Assembly: GCA_032718475.1 (NCBI GenBank)
Contig: JAUCBJ010008784.1
Location: forward strand, 1 to 64,000
Origin: Nemertoderma westbladi
Lineage: Eukaryota; Animalia; Xenacoelomorpha
Length of the DNA stretch: 64,000 nt
Direction: 5' to 3'
How positions within the stretch are numbered: position 1 is the stretch's first letter; the number at the start of each line of letters is the position of its first letter. The position numbers and the translations under genes were made by a program. The notes beneath the pieces were generated by a model. That model saw only the letters and a list, made by a program, of their open reading frames with translations, made no database searches and was not told the origin of the DNA. Of the stretch, positions 13,831 to 25,103 are shown piece after piece.

Positions 13831-14630
13831 AATAATAAAATTTACGGGAATAAATTTAAATTCATCTTTGTAATGAATTTGATAAATTGTCATTTTTATA
13901 CAATTTATAACATTCCCAAAATTCCATTAATTAATAGATCATGGGAGCGGAGATTCACCCTATTAAGTGTATTAGTGTGCGAGAATCTCCAATATATAGT
14001 CAATAGCCGATAAAATTCATAAAATCATGTATAAAGGGGATATTGACAATTAAAGAATTACTATTAAATAGCATCCCAGATCTGTATGCATGAGAATTAC
14101 CCTAATTCTACCGCTAGCTTTCCATAATGTCACCATGGCAACAACCACGCTAGAATTAGAAGTGAGTTAAAAGAACAATAAAGGCTTGCCACATTGAATA
14201 GCATAAAGAATAAATAGCACACTGCTAGTATCCAAGGATACCCAATAATAACGTGGCATTCTGGAAGGCACTTGACTAACGGACAAATGGCCCGAATGTG
14301 TGCGGTTTGTGACAGTTGTGTGGAATTTGTGCGTTTATAGGTGAATGTTACTACTAAAGTGTGTTTACAGTAGCGAGTCGCAATTGTGAAAGTAGCCCTA
14401 ACTCTGCAGTAATAACCTGAAGTAAATCTTAGCCCTTGGGACGGACAGTGGAGTGACTCGCGCTGGTTGTTGTGGTCGTTGTGCAGCTACTATGTTGGTG
14501 ATAGGCACATCGGCGAAAGTGCATCGGCGCTGAGGATCTTGCGCTGTCCGGGGGCTGTGAGGGGTAGGCAGCGACGCCCGCTAGCCTAATTATAAACTCA
14601 TTATAATATTGATAAACTCATATAGCAGAT

Positions 14631-16169
14631 ATGACTGAGTTGATAGAAGATGATCTTGGTATCAGGGAGCGATATACTCTACCGTTGCAAGCGTTTGTGG
14701 ATAGCTTGATACGCGGCGACGCTAGTCCAACTACTACGAAGGACAATGGTCGTTATATCGAACCGCCGATGTCCCAGGAGCAACTTACGCGTGAATTGGA
14801 CTATAGAAAATTCACCGCTCGCTATACGCATCGTAATGGTACGTATATGAACTTCTTAATTACTGGCCATCCTATCGATTTACACGATACGGACTATGTC
14901 GACACCGAAAGGGAAATGGTACTATTTAAATATCCTACCCAGCGGAGTCGGAATGATAAACTGAAAATCGAATGTGAAAATCCTATTCGAAATCGACTCG
15001 AAAGAGAAGACGTTAAAGAACCTGATAAACGCGGTAACTCCAACGTATATTTGGAATTCTTGAGAGAAACATTGTAAAACCGAATAAATATCACCCGCGT
15101 TTCCCCTACAAGATGTGCGTCTTTGGTATTATTGCGATGAATGCCCAAGACCCAACCAACCAACGGAAAGACATAAACATCCGCGGAGACGTTGCTTTAA
15201 ACATGGTTTTACTAGCTATATTTACGGGAGTTTCGAGCGAAACTTGTTCGATGTATCAACTACGCTCGCTCGATTCAAACGATCCTTAAATAAACCTATG
15301 ATCAGAGTTCCGGAATACTCGGTCAGACCTCTTCATTCCCTAGTTAGACCTCAGACTCTTGATCCTAATAGTATCATGGATCCTCCCGAACTGTACTCAC
15401 TGTTCAAAGATCTAGTGTTACCTGAACAGTTAGTCGGTGGCACTCCGGTTGTGGGCTCCCTAAATATTCGCTCATCTTACCTAGTCGGATTGGGACGCGG
15501 ACATCTAATATCGCCATTCAACCGTATCATCGTCCCGGTTTAACCCGATACAACCTAGGAGAGAGTTGTACGAAACGCATCGGACACTATTTGTCAAAAG
15601 ATCGGAAAAGGAACCTACAATTGTTTAGAGAAATGTAAATTGCACCGGCAAGTCCAAGCGGTAAACGAATTAGCTTTATATCAGTTCGATCGGGAAATCC
15701 AGAATCTCTAAGAAGATATTGAACTTGGACGACCCTACACTCTAAACGAGTTTTAGACGAATGCTTCCAATGACAAGCGGAGGAAAATCAGCTCGAGGAG
15801 AAGCATATCGATTTCGACAGAGCCCGAGAACTCGAGTTGGAAAGAATCATCAAACCGAGGAAATTTCTCACTACATACGGTCCACCTACCGCTATCGTTC
15901 AGATGACTCGTCAGGGACCAGTAGGAGCTGCTGTCCTAAGACGCGCTCTAAAGGCCGTTAGACCTCGCTCCACTGAAGTTGATATCGATCAACCAGGTAC
16001 CTCGACCGGCGGATACACCGACCGTAATCCTAAACCTTCTGATGCAATTGTATTGCACCCTTCACCCAGGAGTTATAGCCCTCCTAGTAAAGTGGCTCGC
16101 CCCAAAGAGAAAAAGACTCTTGCTAGCCTCAAAAAACTGCGTAAACGCCGTCCTCGCAAGAAAGACTAA
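14631..16169 (+). pseudogene. Extra 3' ORF of the BEL element (~500 codons, decayed), unknown function
   Basis: Chain of ORFs and in-frame stops ending ~80 bp before the 3' LTR; basic C-terminus KKLRKRRPRKKD. Confidence 0.6.
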
Positions 16170-16247
16170 CTGTTTAGAGTATTTTTATATTTTAGAAACT
16201 GTGATTTTTTATATTTTATAGAATTAAATCCCATTTTCTGGGAGCGG

Positions 16248-17272
16248 TGTAAAGGCTTTTGTGGAATTAGCTAGTCGCAATACGCCAAAATACTCTTGAT
16301 ACAGTGTAAGTTCAGATGACGACATCTATCAGCTGATATATCCACGTGTAACTTTTCCTTTGTTCTTTGTTTGGTCGACCAATCAGAGCGATTTTCTTTG
16401 TGTTGGACAGTGCATATAGAAACTCACGCAATTCAGTCAGTGTGTATTTTTTCCTAAGCCTAGAACACCGGCTGTGGAATTATTCTGTGTTTCAGACTTT
16501 AGCCAAACATTAGAACGGCTTTGATCATAGAAATGTATAACTGTTATCAAACTGGCATACAGCCCATATCATACCATACATACCTTTCACCGCATTATTT
16601 TACTGCTATTTACTGTCGGTTATTAATTGTATCAGTTGATGGAATATTGTTATATTTGGAGAATATCGATAAATAACCATAAAACCCCAATCTTCTTGAT
16701 ATACTGAAGGTTAGAGAGACCGGTTACATATAGCAATTGCGACTTACATTATGGTGGTTTTGGAGTGAATTGAATGCTATTTCATAGGCCCTACATGTGT
16801 CGGTTGCTGTTTTCCTTATATATGATTAAAATTAGTGAAGGTCGGCAGATCGGTGTGCAGCATTGTGCGGTAGTGTGCATGAGTGTGATAGATAACAAAG
16901 CATCTCCTAAAGAATGCGCTTTATACGTGAATCATTAGCCATCCCGTTGTGTTTAGTGTAAGTCATAACTCTGTTTACATACTTAGAGCGCCACGTCCTA
17001 AAGGAACTGTTAATATTTCCCGAAAGTGAATAATATTTGTCAGAGATTATATATTAACGATCAATCGAATAATACAGTAGGCCTACACCGCAATAAGGTC
17101 AGAGCATCCGAATCCAGTCTCCCGGGTAAATCCAGCGGGTGAATGGTCGCGCATAGGCTGGCTTCGGCTAATGTAGTGCATCAAATACTTGTCATAGGCT
17201 AAAGTCGATTTATAACCTAGAAGACACCTAAATTTGGCAGGTTAAACTGCTAAAGGTCTAAAAGCGCGAACA
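16248..17272 (+). repeat. Right LTR
   Basis: TG...CA ends, preceded by a purine tract, followed by AATTC. Confidence 0.9.
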
Positions 17273-17466
17273 AATTCAACTTGGAAAATTTCTAAACTTT
17301 TCCCAATCAACATGTGTACCAAGTTTGGATAGATTTCATCGAAGATTGGCCGAGCTATTAACGTTTAAAATTGAACACTGCAAAAAAAAGCGACAGAACG
17401 ACAGGTTGATTAATGGTACCCCTACGCTAAGGCTCACTCACTTCGTGGCTCGCCCCACAGTAGTCT

Positions 17467-17941
17467 GGCAGCCATGGTCCATGTATTACTGATCTTGGGG
17501 GCTGTGGCAGCCCTGGGCCACGAGGAGGTATTTTATTTTTTTACTATTAGTATTTTAATGGCAGCCATGGTCCAATACTATTACTGATTCTGGGGGCAGT
17601 GGCAGCCCTGGGCCACGAGGGGGTATTTTATTTTTTTTACTATTTGCTTTTTTAATGGCATCCATGGGCCAACTGTTATCTGATTCTGGGGTGATGGCAG
17701 CCTGGGCCACGTGGGGTATTTTTTTTCTTTAACAGTATTTATATTATATGGAAATTTTTTCGTGAGTATTTTTTTACCTTTTTTTTCCAAGATATTTTTT
17801 ACTGAGATTTTTTTAAGATATTTTATTTTACTTATTTTATTTAAGACATTTTTTTTAATTATTTTTTTTCAAGATATTTTTTCCACTTATTTATTATTGA
17901 AATATTTTATCAAGAGTTTTATAGTGGCAGCCATGGGCCAC
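17467..17941. repeat. Dispersed repeat with ~95-bp tandem subunits (ggcagccatgg / ggcagccctgggccacg)
   Basis: About three tandem units, then a T-rich part matching 1623-1793 inverted. Confidence 0.7.
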
Positions 17942-19101
17942 CATACACTACCAACACTTCCACAAAGTTCTATCCATCATAGTGGAAGTAATCATTTGCA
18001 ATCATGGAGATTTTTTGTATTTATTTATTTTTTTGAGTTTGTACTTTTAATTCTCTTGAGTAGCCTACGGTTCCACTATAATTGATATAGACAGGAAATA
18101 TAGATAACGGAATATAGAATATATACAAATTCACTGTACAAACTCGTAAATTAATTTATAATTTAGTATTGCTGTATTGTATTTGTAGGTACCCTTAACG
18201 TGACTGCACCGCACCCCTAATCGTGATACCCAAACACCGTACCCTGAACGACGTGTAATAGCTCTGCATTTATTTATGAGCGGGTCATTTAAATCTTATG
18301 GCAAGCGTTGTCAGTTTCATAGAGTGCAGGAGTGCTGTATTCCATGCGTGCATAAAGTTCAGAAGTTAGCAAGTGATATCTGTTTGTGTACTGTTGTACC
18401 GCTACTGCATACTGCTGTACCTACTGCCTACTCACTACTGAATCATACTGTCAGTATGATGAATCATACCATAAATGATTACCGCATTCCAATGGCCGCA
18501 TGCCAGCAACAAGAGGGTCTTGTTACTTGAGGACCGTTGTGTCAACCGTTTCTAATTGTCATTCTACAGCTGCGTACCGGTACCTATTGCTTGACTCATC
18601 TGCTCGTTGACTATCTGATTTTTTTTGGTTATAGAGTGACTTACCAGATTACTGCTGTACTGACTTTTTGACCATATGGTTTCCCTCAATTGGTAAAGTG
18701 ATCGTTTATTATTTTGGTTAGAAAAGCCCGGTTCTGTAATCGTAATCTACTCCTTTCCATCAATTGGTAAAGTGGCCGTTTATTGTTTTAGTTAGAAAAG
18801 CCTGCCTCTGAAACCTGGTCCTTTCCCTCAATTGGCTTATGACGTGTGTTAGGCCTTCTTGTTTATGAAAAAAATTGTTTATGAAAAAAAAATTGTAAAA
18901 AGTGTTTCATATAACGGTCCCCAAAGTAATTATACCCGCATGGCATGCCGCATGAAGTTAAGCAGCAGTAGTCTTTGAGGCGGCTGTCAGATAATTTATT
19001 GTTGTTTGTTATATATTTTTTCGGTCATCCGGCAAACAGGACTGCTGTACTGCTACTGCTGTACGCTGACTACTGAGTGTGTTGGACTAAGGATAGGGAA
19101 G

Positions 19102-19232
19102 ATGCTTCCGAGGCCAAAAGCCCGCGAAAGCGATAAAGATCTCCTCGCATTACAAGATGAATTCTTTAAACGACAGAAAGACAATCAGTTTAAAGGGGAG
19201 ATCAATTCTTTGTCTACGGATGTTGTTCGTAT
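19102..19232 (+). CDS. RPAP1: RNA polymerase II-associated protein 1, exon 1
   Basis: MLPRPKARESDKDLLALQDEF matches the RPAP1 N-terminus; GTAAGT donor at 19233. Confidence 0.85.
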
Positions 19233-19554
19233 GTAAGTTATGTCGAACTAAGAAGTTTATATTTAGTTTTGTAATTACGTTTATTGTTATCACCGTAATC
19301 AGTAAGCTTTGTTGCACTGATGAGGTAGAGGGACAGGTTGATTGGTCGTTAGAAGGCTCATATTTCGATATTATTAACCAGTGGATAGTATTTATATATT
19401 TAGTAACTTTCTCAGAAAAAAACAGCGCACGAAATATTGACAATAATGACAAGTATATGTAAACTCGTCCATAGCCTACACATTTATTAATATAAGATTC
19501 ATAAAATCGACATTTAATACTATATATTATTATTATTTCACTGTTAATTTTTAG

Positions 19555-22500
19555 GCAAGGAGGTCGTGACGTTGTAGATTTATATGAGTCGAATCAATCA
19601 GATGCGGTCACTACTACATCTTCCCATATAAACCACAACCATTCATTGGATGCCACAATGGTAACGTGTCCTGTTACGGAGTGTATCAGACCCGGTTCCA
19701 TTAACCGAATAACCTCCAGTGCTGGTGGATTCCCGTCTGTAGTGAAGGAACGTGTTTACGGGAGCGAATCAACCTGCCCTGGTAGCGGAAAAAAACTAAG
19801 TTTATTTGCGAGGAACTTCGACAAACATTCCCTTAGCGATTTTGGTTTGATTAAAAGTTCAACCGAATTAAGGGCCGACGGTGTTGGTGGCGTTTATAGA
19901 GATAAAGTCCGACTGAGTTACAAATCTACTGAACTGGGAGATAGAACTGCTAGTGGTGGAGCATCACTGATGAGTGGGGCGGGTTTAGAACTACCGAAAG
20001 GTTCAGACATTTCGTTAGAATTAAATAAAATCCACCAAGAGAATGTTGAACTCATCGAGGAAATGGATCCAGAGGAAATATTGGAACATCAACGGATGCT
20101 GAAAAAGCGGCTGGATCCAAAGATTTTAGAGTTTATATGGAGAAAGGGTCGAATAGGGATGGAGCAGAGAACAATGGGTGATACTGCTCCATCTGATACA
20201 CAAACTGCTGCATCTGAGATACAAACGGCTCCATCTGATACAGAAACTGCTCCATCTGATACACAGAGTGCTCCATCTGATATACAAACCGCTCCATCTG
20301 ATACACAAACTGCTCCTACTGCTCCATCTGAAACAGAAACTGCAGGATTTAGTACAAACAGGAGTTGGTTGAATATGGATGTTGTGGAATCAGATAAACT
20401 GGAATGGATGAAACCCGTGGCTATTCCCCCTGGTTGTGTAGGTCGGAATAAACCTAGATTCGACTTCCAAGGTCTGTTATGCTCCATAGATACAGCCAAT
20501 AATCGCTCTTCACATGATAACGTAGCCAATCAAGGTCTGTGTCACCATGGGGATGACCCAATGTTACCCGGTTACACCCTGGACGAGTTAGTCTACCTGG
20601 CACGCAGCTCCATAGACAACCAACGTCGCTTTGCTCTTTCAACCATGGCCCAAGTCGTCTCGCATTTACACCGCTCCCAGTTCGACTCCGAGCTGTCGGA
20701 ATCTTTACTCCAAGTTTTCCTCCACCCCGAGTTTATTTACTTAACACGGGTGAGTATAGACGACAAAGTCCCTGTGGTTCTCAATGCGGCTATCGCGTTG
20801 CTTCGCGGTTTAATATACGTGGAGGCCGATGAAATATTCCTGGAAATAAATTACGTTAATTATTTGGGTCACGTGACCCCATCCTTTGTGACGTCAATGA
20901 ATCTCCAAGACGACGAGGATTCCAGGAGCCCGGAGATGCGTACAATTGATTCCGATGTGGTAAAGGGGTTGCTAATGACTGGAATATTGAATCGATTCCG
21001 ATATCTCCTGGAAGAATATCGATTAGACACGATATCCGTTTTTAATCTGCTTGATATTCTCTGCGTTATATCCCGCCACGGGCTGGAATCGTCCGTGAGG
21101 GTTGTAGAATCCCCTCGATTGTTACAAACAATCTACTCCAACTATCTACCTTCTACTTGGACCCCGATTTCTACCGCCATTAAGGATCTACAGGACCCCC
21201 GCGGTTACCCCGTTGCCAGGGTGATTAAGCTAACAGCTACGATTTGTTCCACCAGTGAGAATTTAAGTAGAATTCTAGTTAATAAACTCGGTTTAGAGAG
21301 CGTGATATCGCGTATAATATCAGTAGACCCTCGCAATTTGAACCTAAATATAACAGACGCTATTTCATTACGCCACGAGGTCATTCATCTGTGGTCTACA
21401 TTGGCGACCTATAGAGTGTTAGACAACCTACAGGAGGATTTAAACCCAATAATCTGCAGCAATCTCCAATCGTGTCTGCGACTGGATGTCTCTCAACAAA
21501 TCAACCCTATTGACGCCGATTTTCTATCGAGTTTAATTAAACTCATCGATTTATTAACCAATTCGATTAACACCGATTCCATTAACCATCGCCATTTTTC
21601 CTTATCCAAATCCACATTCGCTATAATTCTGGCGTTGGCTAAACAACTCCTCTCGCAATGTTCGGAGATTAATTATAACTATCTTACAAATAGAGTTTTA
21701 TCATCACTATTCAATTATCTCTCCTCGTATTTCGTAACTTTTATTAACGTTGACGCGACGTATTTGACGTCGGTAATACAAGATTTCTCCATCTCGATAT
21801 TAATTCCGTTCTCTCTCAGCAAATACGTTGCCAGTTTGTTTGACAACCTCCAAACTGTATCCTATGTGGGTCACAGCATTACATCGGAGTTCCTCTCGGC
21901 TAACAGTATTATGTATCTACATTGTGGAACATTTCAGAACGCATTAAGCCCTTCCGGTTCTGTAATACCCGTTCTAGCTGCGTTGTTCCGTTTGATAAAC
22001 GCAACACTCAGTAAACTACCCGACCTCGCTGATAAATACTCCTTCCTGATAAACAATCCATGTCTAACTAATTACATTGCGTCTGTTTCTAATAATATAA
22101 ATGTCCCTTTGCAATCTCATTTTATTGTAAGAAATGAACTTCATTTTATCTATTGGATGAGTCAGTTCGCGATCTACACGCCATTATGCGGCCACGATTG
22201 GAAGTCGCTTCCATGGAAGTTGGTATTTCTCCTCTCCGCCGGCCAGGAATGGATTCTCCACGATATTTTCTCGAAATGTTTATTTTCACCGGAATTTCAA
22301 CCAGATTCGGCCGCAACGAAACTCACAGAAAATTACAGAATTATTTCAGCAGAAAATCTCCGAAATATTCGAAATACTTATATAGCCTGTCTCCCTTGTA
22401 CTCCCAAAACCATGGAGGTTTCCCGTTGTTACTATAGCAACCATGCACCCACCTCCTGCAGGATAAATAACTCGGGTAGATTGATGCCTTGCGATTGGCT

Positions 22501-23179
22501 GTACCTTCCTGTAGTCCGACTATACGAGGGCTCCTGCTCAAACTCCGCCCACATTCGGTCTGATTCACTGAGCCAGGAACATCTCGCAAATATCGACGAC
22601 TGCCTCAAGATGGCGCTATACTTTCACCAAACAAACAAATCGGCTTTTGATTGGCTGTCCCCGACGGTTCACTTTACTCGACTTCTATGCGTATTCCTAT
22701 TGGCTGATGACACGTTCCTTCATCCGCCAATCAGAGAGAGTCTGAAGTCGTTGCTATGGCAGCTTAATCCTTATTGGTCTCTTTTGGAACTCGAGTCAGC
22801 CATACCGGGACTGGGATCCGCTTTTATCGATTTTTATTCGAACTTTGTCGAACAATTTAAGTCCGTTTCGTACGGCGATCCGACCTTCTGTAACTTTGTA
22901 TTAATACCAATGCGGAATCGATATTCACCCCGGTACAGACTACTTATGTGGACGGACCGCGAACTACTGCGCATTATGACGTCACTTCCGCGTCAGCAGT
23001 TATGCTTCGACGTGGAAGAGCTCGAGGAAGTTGTTGAACCGTCGCGCGAATCCGACCGTAAGATCGTGGATAGGATTATCCAACTGCAGCAGTCAGCCCT
23101 GCGCAACGGGTATCTAACGTCCACTGACTCCGTGCCCTACCTGGTAGCAGTAGCTAATATACAGCGCCAATCAAAGTAG
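19555..23179 (+). CDS. RPAP1: RNA polymerase II-associated protein 1, exon 2
   Basis: TTTTAG acceptor in compatible phase (RDVV); IHQENVELI..M..EEILE (RPAP1_N); RFDFQG, GLCHHGDDP..PGYTLDEL..LARS (RPAP1_C); DWLYLP; QFKSVSYGD. Confidence 0.93.
20180..20345 (+). repeat. 21-bp coding tandem repeat (TAPSDTQ) within RPAP1
   Basis: About 7 copies of actgctccatctgatacaca-like units. Confidence 0.85.
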
Positions 23180-23688
23180 AGAGAGACGTGAATGTATACC
23201 AAACAATTCTCCATAATATAAACTATAGTTAATATGGACGTGTAGTGCTGGTCCGAAAGTTGCAATGATTGAATATTATAAATCCATTTAATTAATTAAT
23301 TTTTGAAAGAAAACCAACATTCATAATATTGTTATTAAAGCCACCACGTCTATTTTTAGACGAAGTAGCAAATAGGTACCTATAAATATACGTGACAGAT
23401 GTATATTTTGTCATATATTGTTTTATTTTTTTTACAAAAAAAATAAATTGTTTCGGTCATTTTCAAGCAAGCAAACAGTCAGCCGAGGCCGGAGGCGACC
23501 CGAAGGCTCCTATTTCAATAGCTGCTACCCGAGGGTAGGGGTGGGCGCAACTCCTATCCCAAATATTGACTTTATTTCTTTATATATGTTGTATTTCCTA
23601 GCCTTGCGGTTGCTAACCATTAATTATGAATGATTTTCATACTGTAGAACCAATTATATTTATTATATTATTATCTATATATATATAA

Positions 23689-23729
23689 ACTAGAAAGCCA
23701 GTGGCCCTTCGGGCCACGGCTTTCTAGTT
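23689..23729. repeat. Strong hairpin ending in CTAGT, like a Helitron/Helentron terminus
   Basis: aactagaaagcc-a-gtggccc-ttcg-ggccac-ggctttctagtt. Confidence 0.5.
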
Positions 23730-25103
23730 CACAAGCCTATTCACCATTCCAAACATTAATTAATTAATTAATTAACTTAACAAAACTTCATATGATTGAG
23801 AGTGTCAAAGAATTGTTTGCCGCTCTCTCTCTCCAGTAGGGGGTGAGACAGGCAGCCGGTCAGGAGATATCTGACGCCTGTGAGGCCGATTGTGTCCAGT
23901 CATTCCACTGGCCTCTAGTGGCTGGACCTCCGCATTACTAATGTAATCCATAGTGGGGGTTGGGGGGTGCTTTTTTGCCGAGTCAGCTCTCGGGGCAAAT
24001 ACCACACCCTGGTTTGCCATTCCACAGGGTGGGTGTCGCAGTGGAGTCAGATATGAGGCCCATCACCCATATCTACTCTCGCGCACATGACCCACCATTG
24101 GCTGTGCAGCTCATCTGCTGGGTCATGCCCTGTACCCCTGCTGCCAGGTGCAAGTCGCAGTGAAGTGCACTCAGAGTGGACATGAGAACACTCTACTCCT
24201 GACCAGCCATTGGTAGATCACCATCTGCCTGGCCAGGCCATATACCCCTGCAGCCAAGTATATGGGTCCTTAATCCAGGACCAAGGGCGTCCTTATCCCA
24301 GAACGAAGGGCGTCCTAGTTACAGGACCAGATTTGCCCTAGTAAGAGGGTCTATGCAGCTACAGGTGGCACCTCCTTTATGCTGCATGGAGGTGGCAAGT
24401 TTTCTTGATCAATGACCTAGAATACCTGACCTGACCTGACAGTGTATAGGGTTACAGTGTACTGTAATTCTCTTTGGTCTAAGCGTAACTATTCAGAATA
24501 TGTTCATGATAAAAGTTTGCTTATAATAGCTGTTTCAGATTGCTACTACATTTCATATCCCAAGAGTTACAAATGGTGAACCAACTAGTACTGTATAACA
24601 TGTTATATAACGTGTTATAGAGTCGTATATAGTATAATGTCACGGCAATACGCACTTTCTGTATAATAATCCTATATATAAATTTCATACAATAAACAGC
24701 ATTATTTAATAATTTCCCCATTATGATCAAGGAATTCAGTTTAGTAGGACTCGTAAGTCTTGAGAGGGAAATTCAAATTGAATCCTATTGCGCATAAGTC
24801 AGGAGATAAGTTAGGTCATATTACATGTATTACGATATTACAGGTACCTGACCGGTAGTAAAATTAAGTAGGCCACGTACCGTTCGTAATGTCAGAACCC
24901 TGTTTGCCTGACAAGCTGACATCATGAGGCTCTAATCTAATAACGATGTGTGGCTACAGGTAAGTCACACGAATAGTCCTGTGTTCGAAGAGTAATCGCG
25001 ATTCCATGACTCATACTCCGGTTCAGCGGTTGGCTTAATTAATCGCTCATTCCTTTTATAGGCTAATTTATAACCTCTAATAAACTTTTATGAAAGTACA
25101 GCG

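Larger units (their letters stand above)
3740..17272 (+). mobile_element. BEL/Pao LTR retrotransposon, non-autonomous (RT and integrase deleted)
   Basis: ~1025-bp LTRs TGTAAAGG...GCGAACA (3740-7028 interrupted; 16248-17272), AATTC immediately before 3740 and after 17272, purine-rich GGGAGCGG before the 3' LTR, BEL-type Gag knuckles and protease. Confidence 0.9.

Noticed and set aside
1623-17941. Inverted repeats as TIRs of one 16-kb transposon
   Set aside because: The copies are diverged and of unequal extent, with no TSD seen; better explained as two dispersed copies
17581-18085. Hydrophobic Phe/Ile-rich ORF resembling a membrane protein
   Set aside because: Translation of a T-rich dispersed repeat
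23466-24440. GC-richer segments resembling SINE/LINE UTR fragments
   Set aside because: Probably repeats, but no second copy, TSD or protein motif in the window to support a call
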